Assembly (NCBI GenBank): GCA_023256475.1
Contig: JAGDXP010000002.1
Coordinates: 35,116 to 99,115 of the forward strand
Source of the DNA: Thermoplasmata archaeon
GTDB taxonomy: Archaea > Thermoplasmatota > Thermoplasmata > Thermoplasmatales > GCA-001856825
DNA: 64,000 nt
Reading direction: 5' to 3'
The position numbers and the translations under genes are program-made. Position 1 is the stretch's first letter. Each line of letters begins with the position of its first letter. Below, piece by piece: positions 28,202 to 38,237 of this stretch. A model generated the notes under the pieces. That model ran no database searches. It saw nothing but the letters and a program-made list of their open reading frames with translations, and was not told where the DNA came from.

Positions 28202-29749
28202 TCATCTTACTTCAAATTTCACTCCTTGGGCAAGGGGTATATCGCTTCCCCAGTTAATTGTGACTGTTTGTCTTCTGCAGTAGTTCTTCCATGCGTCAGA
28301 ACCGCTTTCCCTACCTCCTCCAGTGTCTTTTTCTCCTCCAAATGCTCCACCTATTTCAGCGCCTGCGGTGGCCGTATTGACGTTCGCCAGACCACAGTCA
28401 CTACCCATGGCACTGAGGAACATCTCTTCCTCTCTGAGATCTGTGGTGAATATTGCAGAAGAAAGGCCCTGTGGAACTGCATTGTGTATTCTGATAGCTT
28501 CATCTAAGGTATGGAATTTGAAGACATACAGAATAGGAGCAAAGGTTTCCTGACAGGTTATTGGCGTGACTGATGGCATTTCCACTATGGCAGGCTTCAC
28601 ATAATAACCGCTCTCATAGCCCTGGATTTTAAGCCTCTCGCCACCAAACAATATTTTTCCTCCCTGCTTCTTTGCGTCTTCCAGTGCTCTCTCAAAGTTC
28701 TTAACTGCCTCTTCGTCAATCAATGGACCAACCAATACACCTTCCTCCAAAGGATTTCCAATTTTTACTTTCTCATATGTAGCAATGAGCCTTGATATGA
28801 ATTGGTCGTATATTTTATCCTCAACTATTAACCTCCTTGTGGTAGTACACCTTTGTCCAGAAGTTGCCAGGGCTCCAAATGTTACTCCCTTGAGGGCTAT
28901 GTTTAGATCCGCCTTGGCAGTGACTATTGCCGCATTATTTCCACCTAATTCAAGAATGACCTTTCCAAATCTTCTTGAAACGGCCTCCGAAACTCTCCTG
29001 CCTGATTCAACAGATCCTGTAAAGGAAATCAATTTAACTCTGGCATCGTTAGTTAGGAGATCCCCTATTTCCCCTCCCCCGCCAACTATAAGGGAGAAAA
29101 TCTGTGGATAGCCGTACTTTTTAATGGTTTCCGTTATAATCTTCATCACAGATATGGCTGTTAAAGGTGCTTTGGAGGATGGCTTCCAAATTACAACATC
29201 CCCTACCACAGCAGCAATGAAAGAGTTCCATGACCAGACAGATGAGGGGAAATTGAAGGATGTAATAACGCCGATGACACCAAGGGGATGGTATTGCTCA
29301 TACATCCTATGCTGGAATCTCTCACTGGCCATGGTGTATCCGTATAGTTGCCTTGACAATCCCACTGCAAAGTCTGCAATGTCTATCATTTCCTGTATTT
29401 CTCCCTCCCCCTCTACAACAGTTTTTCCTGTCTCCAAGGATACTATTTTACCAAGTTTTTTCTTATTGGCCCTGAGTTCATTGCCAATTAGTCTAATCAG
29501 TTCTCCTCTCTGTGGTGGCGTGTAATTTACCCATTTCTGGTAGGCCTCTTCCATCTGGTGCACTACCCTTTCATATTCTTCCCTCGTACCACCAATTGCC
29601 GTGGCAATGTATTTGCCATCAATGGGGCTAGTGATCTTTATCTTCTTCCCCTTTGGTTCCTTTATCCATTCACCGGCAAAAACACCAGAATTTTCATCTT
29701 CAATTCCTAATTCTTCCTTTATCTGCTTCCTTAATTCATCCAGTGACAT
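28202..29749 (-). CDS. NAD(P)-dependent aldehyde dehydrogenase, ALDH7/antiquitin-like
   Basis: Contains the ELGGNNA catalytic Glu region and GQRCTTTRR catalytic Cys region. The N-terminal part (PPQRGELIRLIGNELR...LVSLETGK) resembles the ALDH7 family. Confidence 0.85.
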   Translation of the reverse strand: MSLDELRKQIKEELGIEDENSGVFAGEWIKEPKGKKIKITSPIDGKYIATAIGGTREEYERVVHQMEEAYQKWVNYTPPQRGELIRLIGNELRANKKKLGKIVSLETGKTVVEGEGEIQEMIDIADFAVGLSRQLYGYTMASERFQHRMYEQYHPLGVIGVITSFNFPSSVWSWNSFIAAVVGDVVIWKPSSKAPLTAISVMKIITETIKKYGYPQIFSLIVGGGGEIGDLLTNDARVKLISFTGSVESGRRVSEAVSRRFGKVILELGGNNAAIVTAKADLNIALKGVTFGALATSGQRCTTTRRLIVEDKIYDQFISRLIATYEKVKIGNPLEEGVLVGPLIDEEAVKNFERALEDAKKQGGKILFGGERLKIQGYESGYYVKPAIVEMPSVTPITCQETFAPILYVFKFHTLDEAIRIHNAVPQGLSSAIFTTDLREEEMFLSAMGSDCGLANVNTATAGAEIGGAFGGEKDTGGGRESGSDAWKNYCRRQTVTINWGSDIPLAQGVKFEVR

Positions 29750-29779
29750 GCTACCTCAGACTCTCTATTTCCAACTCTG

Positions 29780-30979
29780 TTAAATTTTTTCCGCAATTGC
29801 CCTGTCCAATTTTAAGAATAGTGAAACGCTCCCTGACCTTCCTAAAGTTGATACAACGTAAACTATAAGGAGTGAGGTCATCAAGGGCAAAAACCCTTCC
29901 ATCATTTGAGCTGAAAGTCCTCCCAATATAGACCCGAAGAAGGTAACCGTACCTATTACGGCACTGTAAATACCTGTTGCTCTTCCTCTATTGTCTAAGG
30001 TTGTATTTTCTATGAGGTATGATGTGAAGGAAACGTTTGTCATTGCAGTACCCACACCTGTCACTGCATTAATGGCATATAATTCATACACATTGGTTGA
30101 AATCCCATATAGTAATGGTATGGGAGCGAATATGATCCTAGACATGATCATGAATTTCTTTGAGCCAACCTTATCCGATAATTTGCCAAAATATCTCAGA
30201 AGCAGTACAGTAAATAACACAGAAATCAGGTTTATCATTCCCACTTCAAAAACATTGGCCTTAACAACGTCCACTGTTGTCACATAAAAAAGAGGCCATG
30301 CCAATGACATGAAGAAATTGTATACGGCTACTGTCACAACAAAATCCATAAATTTTTTACTTATTTCCACCTTACTGCTGTCCTCAGATTTGGTCTTCTT
30401 CCTAGGTTCAGTTGCATAGAGCATTAACAGTGCTGAAACCGTCCCCAAGACTGAGGCAGTATAAAATGAATAATAGAAGACTATAATGTTCAAACTCACA
30501 TTTTTATATGCATAAATTGTAAAGAATATCAGAGAAATCATACTGGCTAGATTTGAGTAGAAGGAGAGGTTGGCTATGAACAAACCTTTCTTATTATTAG
30601 ATGAGACCTCCCCAATCAGTGCATTCCATGCCGGGGGAACCATAGCGCTGAATATGGCCTGAACTGATAATGCCAATATGAAATAATAAAATGTATGGGT
30701 CACAATAAATGCAGAGAACATCAGATAGCTTACAATGCCCCCAATTATTACGAAGATAATTCTCCTTCTTAACAGGTCGGAGATCCTTCCCCAGAGGTAT
30801 TGGAAAACATTTGGAAAGAAGTTAGAAACGGCCTGCACAAATCCCATCTGCTCTGAATTGAAACTCAAGTACGCAGCATAATACGGGATGAATGGTGATG
30901 CCAGGCCGGAGCCCAACGATCCTATTAATTGATTGGCATACATTGCAAATTTAGTTCTCTTTGTCTCCTTTTCATCCAT
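29780..30979 (-). CDS. Major facilitator superfamily transporter
   Basis: 399 aa with about 12 hydrophobic segments and a GRISDLLRRR loop between TM2 and TM3, which is the MFS signature position. Confidence 0.8.
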   Translation of the reverse strand: MDEKETKRTKFAMYANQLIGSLGSGLASPFIPYYAAYLSFNSEQMGFVQAVSNFFPNVFQYLWGRISDLLRRRIIFVIIGGIVSYLMFSAFIVTHTFYYFILALSVQAIFSAMVPPAWNALIGEVSSNNKKGLFIANLSFYSNLASMISLIFFTIYAYKNVSLNIIVFYYSFYTASVLGTVSALLMLYATEPRKKTKSEDSSKVEISKKFMDFVVTVAVYNFFMSLAWPLFYVTTVDVVKANVFEVGMINLISVLFTVLLLRYFGKLSDKVGSKKFMIMSRIIFAPIPLLYGISTNVYELYAINAVTGVGTAMTNVSFTSYLIENTTLDNRGRATGIYSAVIGTVTFFGSILGGLSAQMMEGFLPLMTSLLIVYVVSTLGRSGSVSLFLKLDRAIAEKI

Positions 30980-31083
30980 TCCCTATCCTATTGCTTTCGC
31001 ATATTTCAAATTGATAGTTGTAAATTTATTTTCCCCATATTTATTAGTTAAAACATTTTTAGAAGTTTTTAATTACCTTATCA

Positions 31084-31977
31084 ATGAATGAACAACCGGT
31101 CATCGTGAAAAATCTGGTAAAGAAGTATGGAGATTATGTTGCTGTGAATGGAATTTCCTTTGAAATAAAGAAAGGTCAGGTATTTTCATTGTTGGGTCCC
31201 AATGGAGCTGGAAAAACAACAACTGTGGAGATCCTAGAAGGGTTGAGAAAGAGGGATGCTGGTCAAGTAGAAGTCCTGGGAATGGATCCAGAAGTCTCAA
31301 AAGAAATCTACAATAAAATAGGAATCCTTCCACAGGATTTCACTTTCGTTCAAAACTCAACTCCAAAAGAGGCAATTGAATTCTATTGCAAATTATTTGG
31401 CAGAAAATTGGATCCCCTGGAATTGCTCAAAACTGTGGAGTTGGAAGATAGGGCAAATGTTCCCTTTTCCAAGCTCTCTGGAGGGCAAAAACAGAAATTG
31501 GGTTTGGCCTTATCGCTTATAAATGATCCTGAAGTTTTATTCCTGGATGAACCCACGGCAGGGCTTGACCCAAAGTCCAGAAGAAATATCTGGCAGATAA
31601 TTGAAAATCTGAAAAAGGAAGATAGGTCAATATTGTTAACATCCCATTACCTCGAGGAGGCAGAGCTTCTGGCCGATAATGTGGCAATCATGAACAGAGG
31701 AAAAATTGTAGACATAGGTTCTCCCAAGGAATTAATACTAAGGCACAGGGGGAAGGATCTGCTCTACATTAAAGGTGGAAAATTCCTTGGTGAAGCTCTT
31801 GAAAATTTAGGAATTCAATTTAAGAATGAGGATGGCTACTTCATTCTGGGATTGAATGATTCCAAGGAGGCCATTGAGATTCTGAAAAGGATAGATGAGA
31901 TGGGGATTCCATTTGATGACTTTATGATAAGAAGGGAAAATTTGGAGGATATCTTCCTCAAGGTTACGGAGGAATAA
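31084..31977 (+). CDS. ABC transporter ATP-binding protein (ABC-2/DrrA-like)
   Basis: Walker A GPNGAGKTT, signature LSGGQKQKL and Walker B LFLDEPT. Confidence 0.9.
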   Translation: MNEQPVIVKNLVKKYGDYVAVNGISFEIKKGQVFSLLGPNGAGKTTTVEILEGLRKRDAGQVEVLGMDPEVSKEIYNKIGILPQDFTFVQNSTPKEAIEFYCKLFGRKLDPLELLKTVELEDRANVPFSKLSGGQKQKLGLALSLINDPEVLFLDEPTAGLDPKSRRNIWQIIENLKKEDRSILLTSHYLEEAELLADNVAIMNRGKIVDIGSPKELILRHRGKDLLYIKGGKFLGEALENLGIQFKNEDGYFILGLNDSKEAIEILKRIDEMGIPFDDFMIRRENLEDIFLKVTEE

Positions 31978-31979
31978 AA

Positions 31980-33074
31980 ATGAAATTGAAAAATATAGCT
32001 GCTTATTTTGTTCTGCATGCCAAAGCATATATAAGAACTAGGAGTGGAGTTTTTTTCCAAATACTTTTCCCAGTTATACTTATCATAATGTTCGGTTTTC
32101 TTTTTGGTTCAAGTTCTGTAACTCCTCAGAATTTGATCATAGTAAACCACGATAATGGGCAGTTTTCAACTCAATTTATTACGGCCCTTTCTGAAACTGG
32201 AACTTTCAAAATTAAAGTTGAAAACATTTCGAACATTAGGCAATTCCTGGATCAGAATCCCAATTATATGATAATGGTAATACCTTCAAACTTTACGGCA
32301 AACATATTGAATAAAAGCAAGGTTACAATACAAGTATATTCCAATTCAAATCCCCAAGTTTCCTCAGAATATGCTGGTATAATAAACACGGTTTTCCAGG
32401 CTTATATTAATTCCTTCAACGGGAAGGGATTGTCATCCAGTTTACAGGTTTATGATTATAGTGGTGTATCCTCCAGAACAATCAATTATTATATTCCTGG
32501 ATTGATAGGATTTACCATCATAAGCTCTATGTTCAGCATGCTCTATCAGGTTCCAAACTATAGAAGAGAGAAAATTTTTAGGCAGTTCAAGATAGCAGGT
32601 CTTTCTAAGAGTGAATGGATTATAGGTTCTTCGCTGTTTAACCTGACTTTTAACCTTATTGCAGATGCTCTAATAATTATAATCGCTTACATTTTGTTTG
32701 GAGCAGTTCTATACTATAATCCCCTGAATGTATTGATGATGCTTATAATCATTGTCTCTGGTAATTTGATGTTCATAGCTCTAGGAGCACTGGCAGGAAT
32801 GGTTTCAGATAATGAAGAAACGGTATCCATTGTCGGTAATTTAATACTATTCCCAATGATGTTCCTGTCCGGAGTTTTCTTCCCCCTACAGTTTGCACCA
32901 GGATATGTCAAAATTATTTCAGATTTCCTACCGCTTACCTATTTCATTAACGCACTGAACTATGTCCTAATCTACAACAATATTGAAGGCTCTTTATACA
33001 TGATAGCCATATTAGCTGTATCATCAATAGCTTTGTTTGCTTTGTCTTCAAAGCTTTTAAAATTTGAATCCTAG
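31980..33074 (+). CDS. ABC-2 type transporter permease
   Basis: An N-terminal TM helix and a large external loop are followed by five C-terminal TM segments, which is the typical ABC-2 layout. The gene starts 2 nt after the ATPase gene. Confidence 0.8.
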   Translation: MKLKNIAAYFVLHAKAYIRTRSGVFFQILFPVILIIMFGFLFGSSSVTPQNLIIVNHDNGQFSTQFITALSETGTFKIKVENISNIRQFLDQNPNYMIMVIPSNFTANILNKSKVTIQVYSNSNPQVSSEYAGIINTVFQAYINSFNGKGLSSSLQVYDYSGVSSRTINYYIPGLIGFTIISSMFSMLYQVPNYRREKIFRQFKIAGLSKSEWIIGSSLFNLTFNLIADALIIIIAYILFGAVLYYNPLNVLMMLIIIVSGNLMFIALGALAGMVSDNEETVSIVGNLILFPMMFLSGVFFPLQFAPGYVKIISDFLPLTYFINALNYVLIYNNIEGSLYMIAILAVSSIALFALSSKLLKFES

Positions 33075-33147
33075 GGCCCGTGGTGTAACCAGGATATCAC
33101 AGAGGCCTCCGGAGCCTCTAATCTGGGTTCAAATCCCAGCGGGCCCG
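33074..33147 (+). tRNA. tRNA-Arg (anticodon CCG)
   Basis: Acceptor stem GGGCCCG/CGGGCCC plus discriminator G. Anticodon stem GAGGC/GCCTC with loop CTCCGGA. T arm CTGGG-TTCAAAT-CCCAG. Its first base is the last base of the permease stop codon. Confidence 0.9.
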
Positions 33148-33504
33148 TTTTAATAAAACACTTATAATGGAGCCTGTTAATTTACATTTTAATAATTACT
33201 ACGGCCTTCATTTATAAAATAGAACTAGAATCTTTTATCTTTTCAATAATAATTAAGAGTCTATCAAGAATGAGATAAATATCTTTACATCCATACATAA
33301 ACCCACTTTTATCCATTTAAATCTATCATATGAAATAATGTATTGCTCCATATGCTGGTGGGGCATATGTTTATAAAATATATAGCCTGTCAGCGATGTA
33401 AATTTCGCTGTACTCCTGATTCAGTCCGGTTAGCATAAATGCCCCAATTTCATTTTCAAGCCTCTCACCAAGAACTACCCATCTAATGTTCTCAAATACT
33501 TCGG

Positions 33505-33999
33505 GTGTCAGATTTCGCCAACAACTCCACCGTTGCAGTGAGAGGCGGCTCGGTGCAGGTGATCTACAACGGCAACGTGATAAACCAGACCTCGGCTTCC
33601 ACCACCGGTTATTATAACATAAACGTATCCCTCATGATCTTCGGCTACCACGGCTGGCCCAATGGGAGGCTTCCTGTTAAGGTGGTATTCTCGATCCCCT
33701 ACGGCCCGTCCCAGACTGTTGAATACAACCTCATGGAGTTCCAAGTCAACTGGCTCAACGAGGCCATAAAATTCAACGGCTACTTCTCCTTCGGCAAGAT
33801 CGTGATCTCTCTTCCTCCCGAACTTTCAAATATGTTTTTTAACTACTTTGGAGTTTCAACTTTAAGTGCTGTACTTTTCATTGTTTTCCATCTGGGAATT
33901 ATTGGGTTTATATTGTGTGCTGTATTCATTTTATATAGAACAGGTAAAAGAAGAGAGAGCACTCAAGCGAAAATTAATAAATTAAAAAAAAACGAATAG
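33505..33999 (+). pseudogene. 5'-truncated fragment of a surface-protein gene (beta-sandwich repeat plus C-terminal TM anchor), compositionally chimeric
   Basis: It has no signal peptide and starts only at a GTG. The segment VAVRGGSVQVIYNG...TTGYYNINV resembles the repeat unit of the 54517-57120 protein. The C-terminal TM helix and basic tail (FILCAVFILYRTGKRRES) mirror that protein's anchor. The first ~320 nt are far more GC-rich than their surroundings: 35 of the first 60 nt are G/C by hand count. Confidence 0.45.
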
Positions 34000-34368
34000 A
34001 AAAGAATAGACCTTATCTCTTATCTATTTCTTCTTTCTTATTTATGGTAATGACATTTAACCATTATATATCGAATAATTCTAGATAGAATGGGCCACCC
34101 TGGTTCACTTCAACTTTATAAATATTGAGAATTCCCGTATCATATTATGTACTTCCAAAGCGTTGAAATCGCATTTAAGGTCTTATACAATTGGAATATT
34201 TTAATTAAAATAAGGAAAAGCTGGATTTAGATAATATTGAAATTTTATAGGATTATTATTAAATTTTATTCAGGAAATGACATGATGCAGGGAAAAATTT
34301 AGAAAATTCGACAAATTCATCTATAAAATATACAAACTTTTAATATGACACTTTACTAATTTCCGGTT

Positions 34369-37089
34369 ATGAGCCAAGAAAATGAAAGTTCATCTAAAGG
34401 AAAGCGGAACAAATATGTCATTATCGCAGCAGTTGCGATTGTGGTAATTATTATTGCGGCCGCCGTAGTGGTAATAACCACGAAGACTCAACCTGGAGCA
34501 AAATATGTACCCCTCTCTATAGCACCGTATTCCACAGCTGTTCAGACTGTTGCGGGTCAAAGTTTAACATTCGATCCGGGCATACCTCAGGGGGCACAGT
34601 TTACCAAAGTTGTCTGGAATTTCGGTAACGGTTATAGCGAAACAGTAACAACTGGCAATGGTGTTGTGAATTATACTTACCTTATTCCTGGAAGTTATCT
34701 CGTATCGGTTGAGGTATTTAATTCCACATCTGTTCTCACCAACAATCAATCTCTACTACTCATAACAGTTGTTCCTAGTTTGAATGTTAATCCTGCTTCG
34801 ATTTACGGCCCAATCGCTATAACATCAACATCAACAGGTTCCAGCAATCAGAGCATACCCGTTGGAGGCTGGGTAAATATGACATTCGGTGGACTCCTCT
34901 CACCAACTCCTGAAAATATTGGATCCCCTGTCCCTAATGATAATTCATACCATATTACTGCGTTTAATTGGTATATAGACAATGGAGTTAAAGTTATAAA
35001 TAATACCAACGTTAATATGAATGGGACCATAAATGTTACTTTCTCAAGCCCTGGATTTAATTTTGTCACTCTTAATGTTACAAGTAGTGGGCCTAATGGG
35101 AATGCATATGGAGAGTATGAAGTTACGTTGGCTGTCGGGAATTATAGTATTCAAAAGGTTGTACCCAAGATAACTCCAAATAAGAATGAATTAATTGATG
35201 CTGCGTATTTGCCTGGTGGACCTGCAACTTTTGATCCGTCACTCACCTCTGATGTTGTATCGCAAGAAGTAACCTTCGAAATTTACCAGGGTCTTCTAAT
35301 GAATACAAACAATTCCATAAATTCATATGTACCGGTGATTGCGAAAAATATCCCAACCATTCAAAATGGAGAAGAACAGGTATCTCAGAATGGCTTTGTG
35401 AATTTCACTTTTTATATCAATACATCGTTGCAGTTCTCGAATGGTGACCACGTATCACCATATGATGTTTATGTGTCCTTTGCAAGAGACTTACTCTTTG
35501 CAAATGATCCTGGTTCTCCAGACTGGGGTCTTGCAAGTCTAATGTTGCCAGCGCCTTCTATATTTGGACCATACAATAATAGCTTCTACTGGATACATAG
35601 GGCTATAACATGGAATAACGCCACTGATTCAGTAACATTCCACCTCTTGCCGGCAGCACCCACTTGGTTGCCAAATGTAACCGCGGTTTATGCAAATCAA
35701 TCTTATGGCAATATGAATCAATCATTCCCGGTCACCAGCTGGGGAGGAATTCCAAACTTCCTGCAGGGCCTGACACTGGAAACAGATGGTGGAGGTATCA
35801 CGCCTGCAATAATGGATTGGGAGTGGCTCGTACAGCATGGGGGATTCCCAGCTAACAATTCCTCTGCTTATGCCGCTTTTGCCAACCCAGTAACTGGGCC
35901 TGGAGCTCCTGGAATGCAGAATACTTATATTCAGTACCATGCCATGGGAACTGGACCCTATCAATTGTCATTATATGAACCCGCACAGGAAGTAGTCTTA
36001 ACTGTTAATCCATACTATCACTGGACAGTTGGAATGCCACACAAATCGAAACTCATTCCGAAGGTTGTTATAGAATACCTCACAAATCAGGCCACAGCAA
36101 TTCAACAATTGGAATCTGGAGAAGCTCAATTTGCCGATGGAGCCATAAGTATTTCAGATACTGCCCTTGCGTTAAGGTTGGAAAAACAAGGCATCATAGG
36201 GATGGAATTTGGAACAGATATTGCCTTGAACTTTTTTGCATTCAATTTCGACTTTAATCTAACCGGTGCTCAACAATATTTACCAAGCACAAACATTCCC
36301 GCCACATTCTTTGCCAATTTGAGCGTGAGGAAATCTTTCACATATGCATTTAACGATTCCTACTGGATTGATGTTGCCAATTCAAATTCAGGAATTTCAT
36401 ATATGGCCAATTTAAGTGGGGTTATACCTGCTGGAGTTATAGGATATTCCCCCAATTTACCATATTACCAATTTAACCTGACTCTGGCAAAGAAATATTG
36501 GGATCAGACCAATTATTCCAAGACAGGTAAGACGTACGTGGTTCCTCTGTTTAACTGGATTGGAAATCCATCTGTGGATGAAATGTATGCTCAATATGCC
36601 AGCGATCTGGCAAAAATGTCCAACGGGCAAATTCAGGCGCAGACAGTAGATGTATCATTCCTGACTCTGCTAGATTTCACCAATTATGGTGCTGGCGGCG
36701 ATCCAATGCCCATATACTTCCTTGGCTGGAGTGGGGGAGATGCCGCAGTCTTTACTGGAGTATTCCTTTCTGAGTACGGATTCCAACCCTATACAGATGG
36801 CATTACACCTCCATCGGCATTCAACGCTACGTCCTATCCTAACCAGTGGGAGAACTTTACCAAAATGTGGAGCTTGCTAAATATGGCTATGAGCACATAC
36901 AATGTAACACTTTCCGATGAATATTATTACGAAGCCCAACTTATTGGAATAAATCTATACATGTATTTTGGAACTAGCCAGCCAAAAGCAGTACTAATAT
37001 ACAGCACGGAAATAAATCCATCAACACTGCAGCTCACTATGCTCAATGGCGCAACAGACATCTATTTCTATGATGTCCAATACGTTTAA
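34369..37089 (+). CDS. Membrane-anchored solute-binding protein, family 5 (oligopeptide/nickel type), with N-terminal PKD-like domains
   Basis: The N-terminal anchor is YVIIAAVAIVVIIIAAAVVVI. A PKD-like signature (VVWNFGNGYSETV...YTYLIPGSYLVSVEVFN) is followed by a second, weaker copy. An SBP_bac_5-like body follows (FDPSLTSDVVSQEVTFEIYQGLL...). The protein carries many N-x-S/T sequons. Confidence 0.7.
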   Translation: MSQENESSSKGKRNKYVIIAAVAIVVIIIAAAVVVITTKTQPGAKYVPLSIAPYSTAVQTVAGQSLTFDPGIPQGAQFTKVVWNFGNGYSETVTTGNGVVNYTYLIPGSYLVSVEVFNSTSVLTNNQSLLLITVVPSLNVNPASIYGPIAITSTSTGSSNQSIPVGGWVNMTFGGLLSPTPENIGSPVPNDNSYHITAFNWYIDNGVKVINNTNVNMNGTINVTFSSPGFNFVTLNVTSSGPNGNAYGEYEVTLAVGNYSIQKVVPKITPNKNELIDAAYLPGGPATFDPSLTSDVVSQEVTFEIYQGLLMNTNNSINSYVPVIAKNIPTIQNGEEQVSQNGFVNFTFYINTSLQFSNGDHVSPYDVYVSFARDLLFANDPGSPDWGLASLMLPAPSIFGPYNNSFYWIHRAITWNNATDSVTFHLLPAAPTWLPNVTAVYANQSYGNMNQSFPVTSWGGIPNFLQGLTLETDGGGITPAIMDWEWLVQHGGFPANNSSAYAAFANPVTGPGAPGMQNTYIQYHAMGTGPYQLSLYEPAQEVVLTVNPYYHWTVGMPHKSKLIPKVVIEYLTNQATAIQQLESGEAQFADGAISISDTALALRLEKQGIIGMEFGTDIALNFFAFNFDFNLTGAQQYLPSTNIPATFFANLSVRKSFTYAFNDSYWIDVANSNSGISYMANLSGVIPAGVIGYSPNLPYYQFNLTLAKKYWDQTNYSKTGKTYVVPLFNWIGNPSVDEMYAQYASDLAKMSNGQIQAQTVDVSFLTLLDFTNYGAGGDPMPIYFLGWSGGDAAVFTGVFLSEYGFQPYTDGITPPSAFNATSYPNQWENFTKMWSLLNMAMSTYNVTLSDEYYYEAQLIGINLYMYFGTSQPKAVLIYSTEINPSTLQLTMLNGATDIYFYDVQYV

Positions 37090-37093
37090 TTTG

Positions 37094-38206
37094 TTATCTT
37101 TTTTTAAATTTTTTATATTGATTTAAAAAGTAGTCCTTTCCTATGAACTTCTGCGCTACTTTAGTTTTAAGTAGAGGTACTGATCTGGTCTCGAAAATAA
37201 AGTATCTATCATCTTTCTTCAAACTAGTATTTGTTAAGGGCTTGCAATTATTTTGTGAAATAATTGATATTAGATCTGGGCTAGATGCTGTCAATTTTTG
37301 TTCCCGAAAAGCAAGATGATTTTCATTCTTAAACCATATGACCATAGTCTCTCCTTCATATTCCTCAATCCCTTTAAACTTTGATTCTCCGACCATATAA
37401 TAATTAACATTTCTCCACGAAATTCCCTCCAATATACCCTTGAATATTAATTCGGAACCGAACTCCCTCCTCATTCTTTCTATGCATGCTCCTACATCAG
37501 AAGTCGAATTTAGAAGTTTACCCAGATAATAGCTCTTAGTTAATGTTCCAGTTATCACAAATTGCTTAGCTATTTCAATATCCAACGGGAATCCGACCTG
37601 TGCATACGTCATTTCACTGACCAATTTTCCCATTCTCTCTGCTACCATATTATTAATCGAATTTTTTATTATTACAATATTTCCATAATCATCTGCACCT
37701 ACTATGGGAACTGCCTTACATCCATAGATGGATGGTAAAACCTGAGTTATTTCAGGTACTGCACGACCTGCATAATCCCCGTCAATCATATCAATACCTG
37801 CCAAAGACGATAATGATAGAGCTCTGCTGGTACTTCCACCTCCGAGTTCTAAAGGAACAATATAAGAGGCCCTTTTGCCCAATAATCCTTCAAGTTCCCT
37901 TAATGCCTGTAACATTGGATTATTCCATATTTTATCAATAAGTCCAATTTCTCTTTTAATGTTAGTGGTTTCAGGTGACTCTGGCGCTGCGCTGCCCATG
38001 ATATATGGAGTTACAGCCACCCCCTCATCCTTAATTTCGCTTAAATCAATCCAAGATATTCTATATCCAGATTCCAATATATTTTTTAGAATTTCCCTTC
38101 CCCTGTCTGGATTTCCGCCCCCACCAGTGCCAAAAAATGTTAAACCAGTGATAAGATTCTCTATATCCTCAAGCTTTTTAATCTCAAACATTTTAAGACC
38201 TCTCAT
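37094..38206 (-). CDS. DUF917 family protein
   Basis: The N-terminal LTFFGTGGGGNPDRG and LELGGGST blocks are typical of DUF917. The start may instead be the internal MFEIKKL, 5 codons downstream. Confidence 0.7.
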   Translation of the reverse strand: MRGLKMFEIKKLEDIENLITGLTFFGTGGGGNPDRGREILKNILESGYRISWIDLSEIKDEGVAVTPYIMGSAAPESPETTNIKREIGLIDKIWNNPMLQALRELEGLLGKRASYIVPLELGGGSTSRALSLSSLAGIDMIDGDYAGRAVPEITQVLPSIYGCKAVPIVGADDYGNIVIIKNSINNMVAERMGKLVSEMTYAQVGFPLDIEIAKQFVITGTLTKSYYLGKLLNSTSDVGACIERMRREFGSELIFKGILEGISWRNVNYYMVGESKFKGIEEYEGETMVIWFKNENHLAFREQKLTASSPDLISIISQNNCKPLTNTSLKKDDRYFIFETRSVPLLKTKVAQKFIGKDYFLNQYKKFKKR

Positions 38207-38237
38207 TCCATATTAAATGAATCATTTAAATGACAAT

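Noticed and set aside
33380-33500. Start-less minus-strand reading frame of about 55 codons (…IRWVVLGERLENEIGAFMLTGLNQEYSEIYIADRLYIL) as a transposase or integrase remnant.
   Set aside because: I cannot match it to any family from memory, and it has no start codon. I kept it only as a supporting observation within the 33.1-34.4 kb finding.
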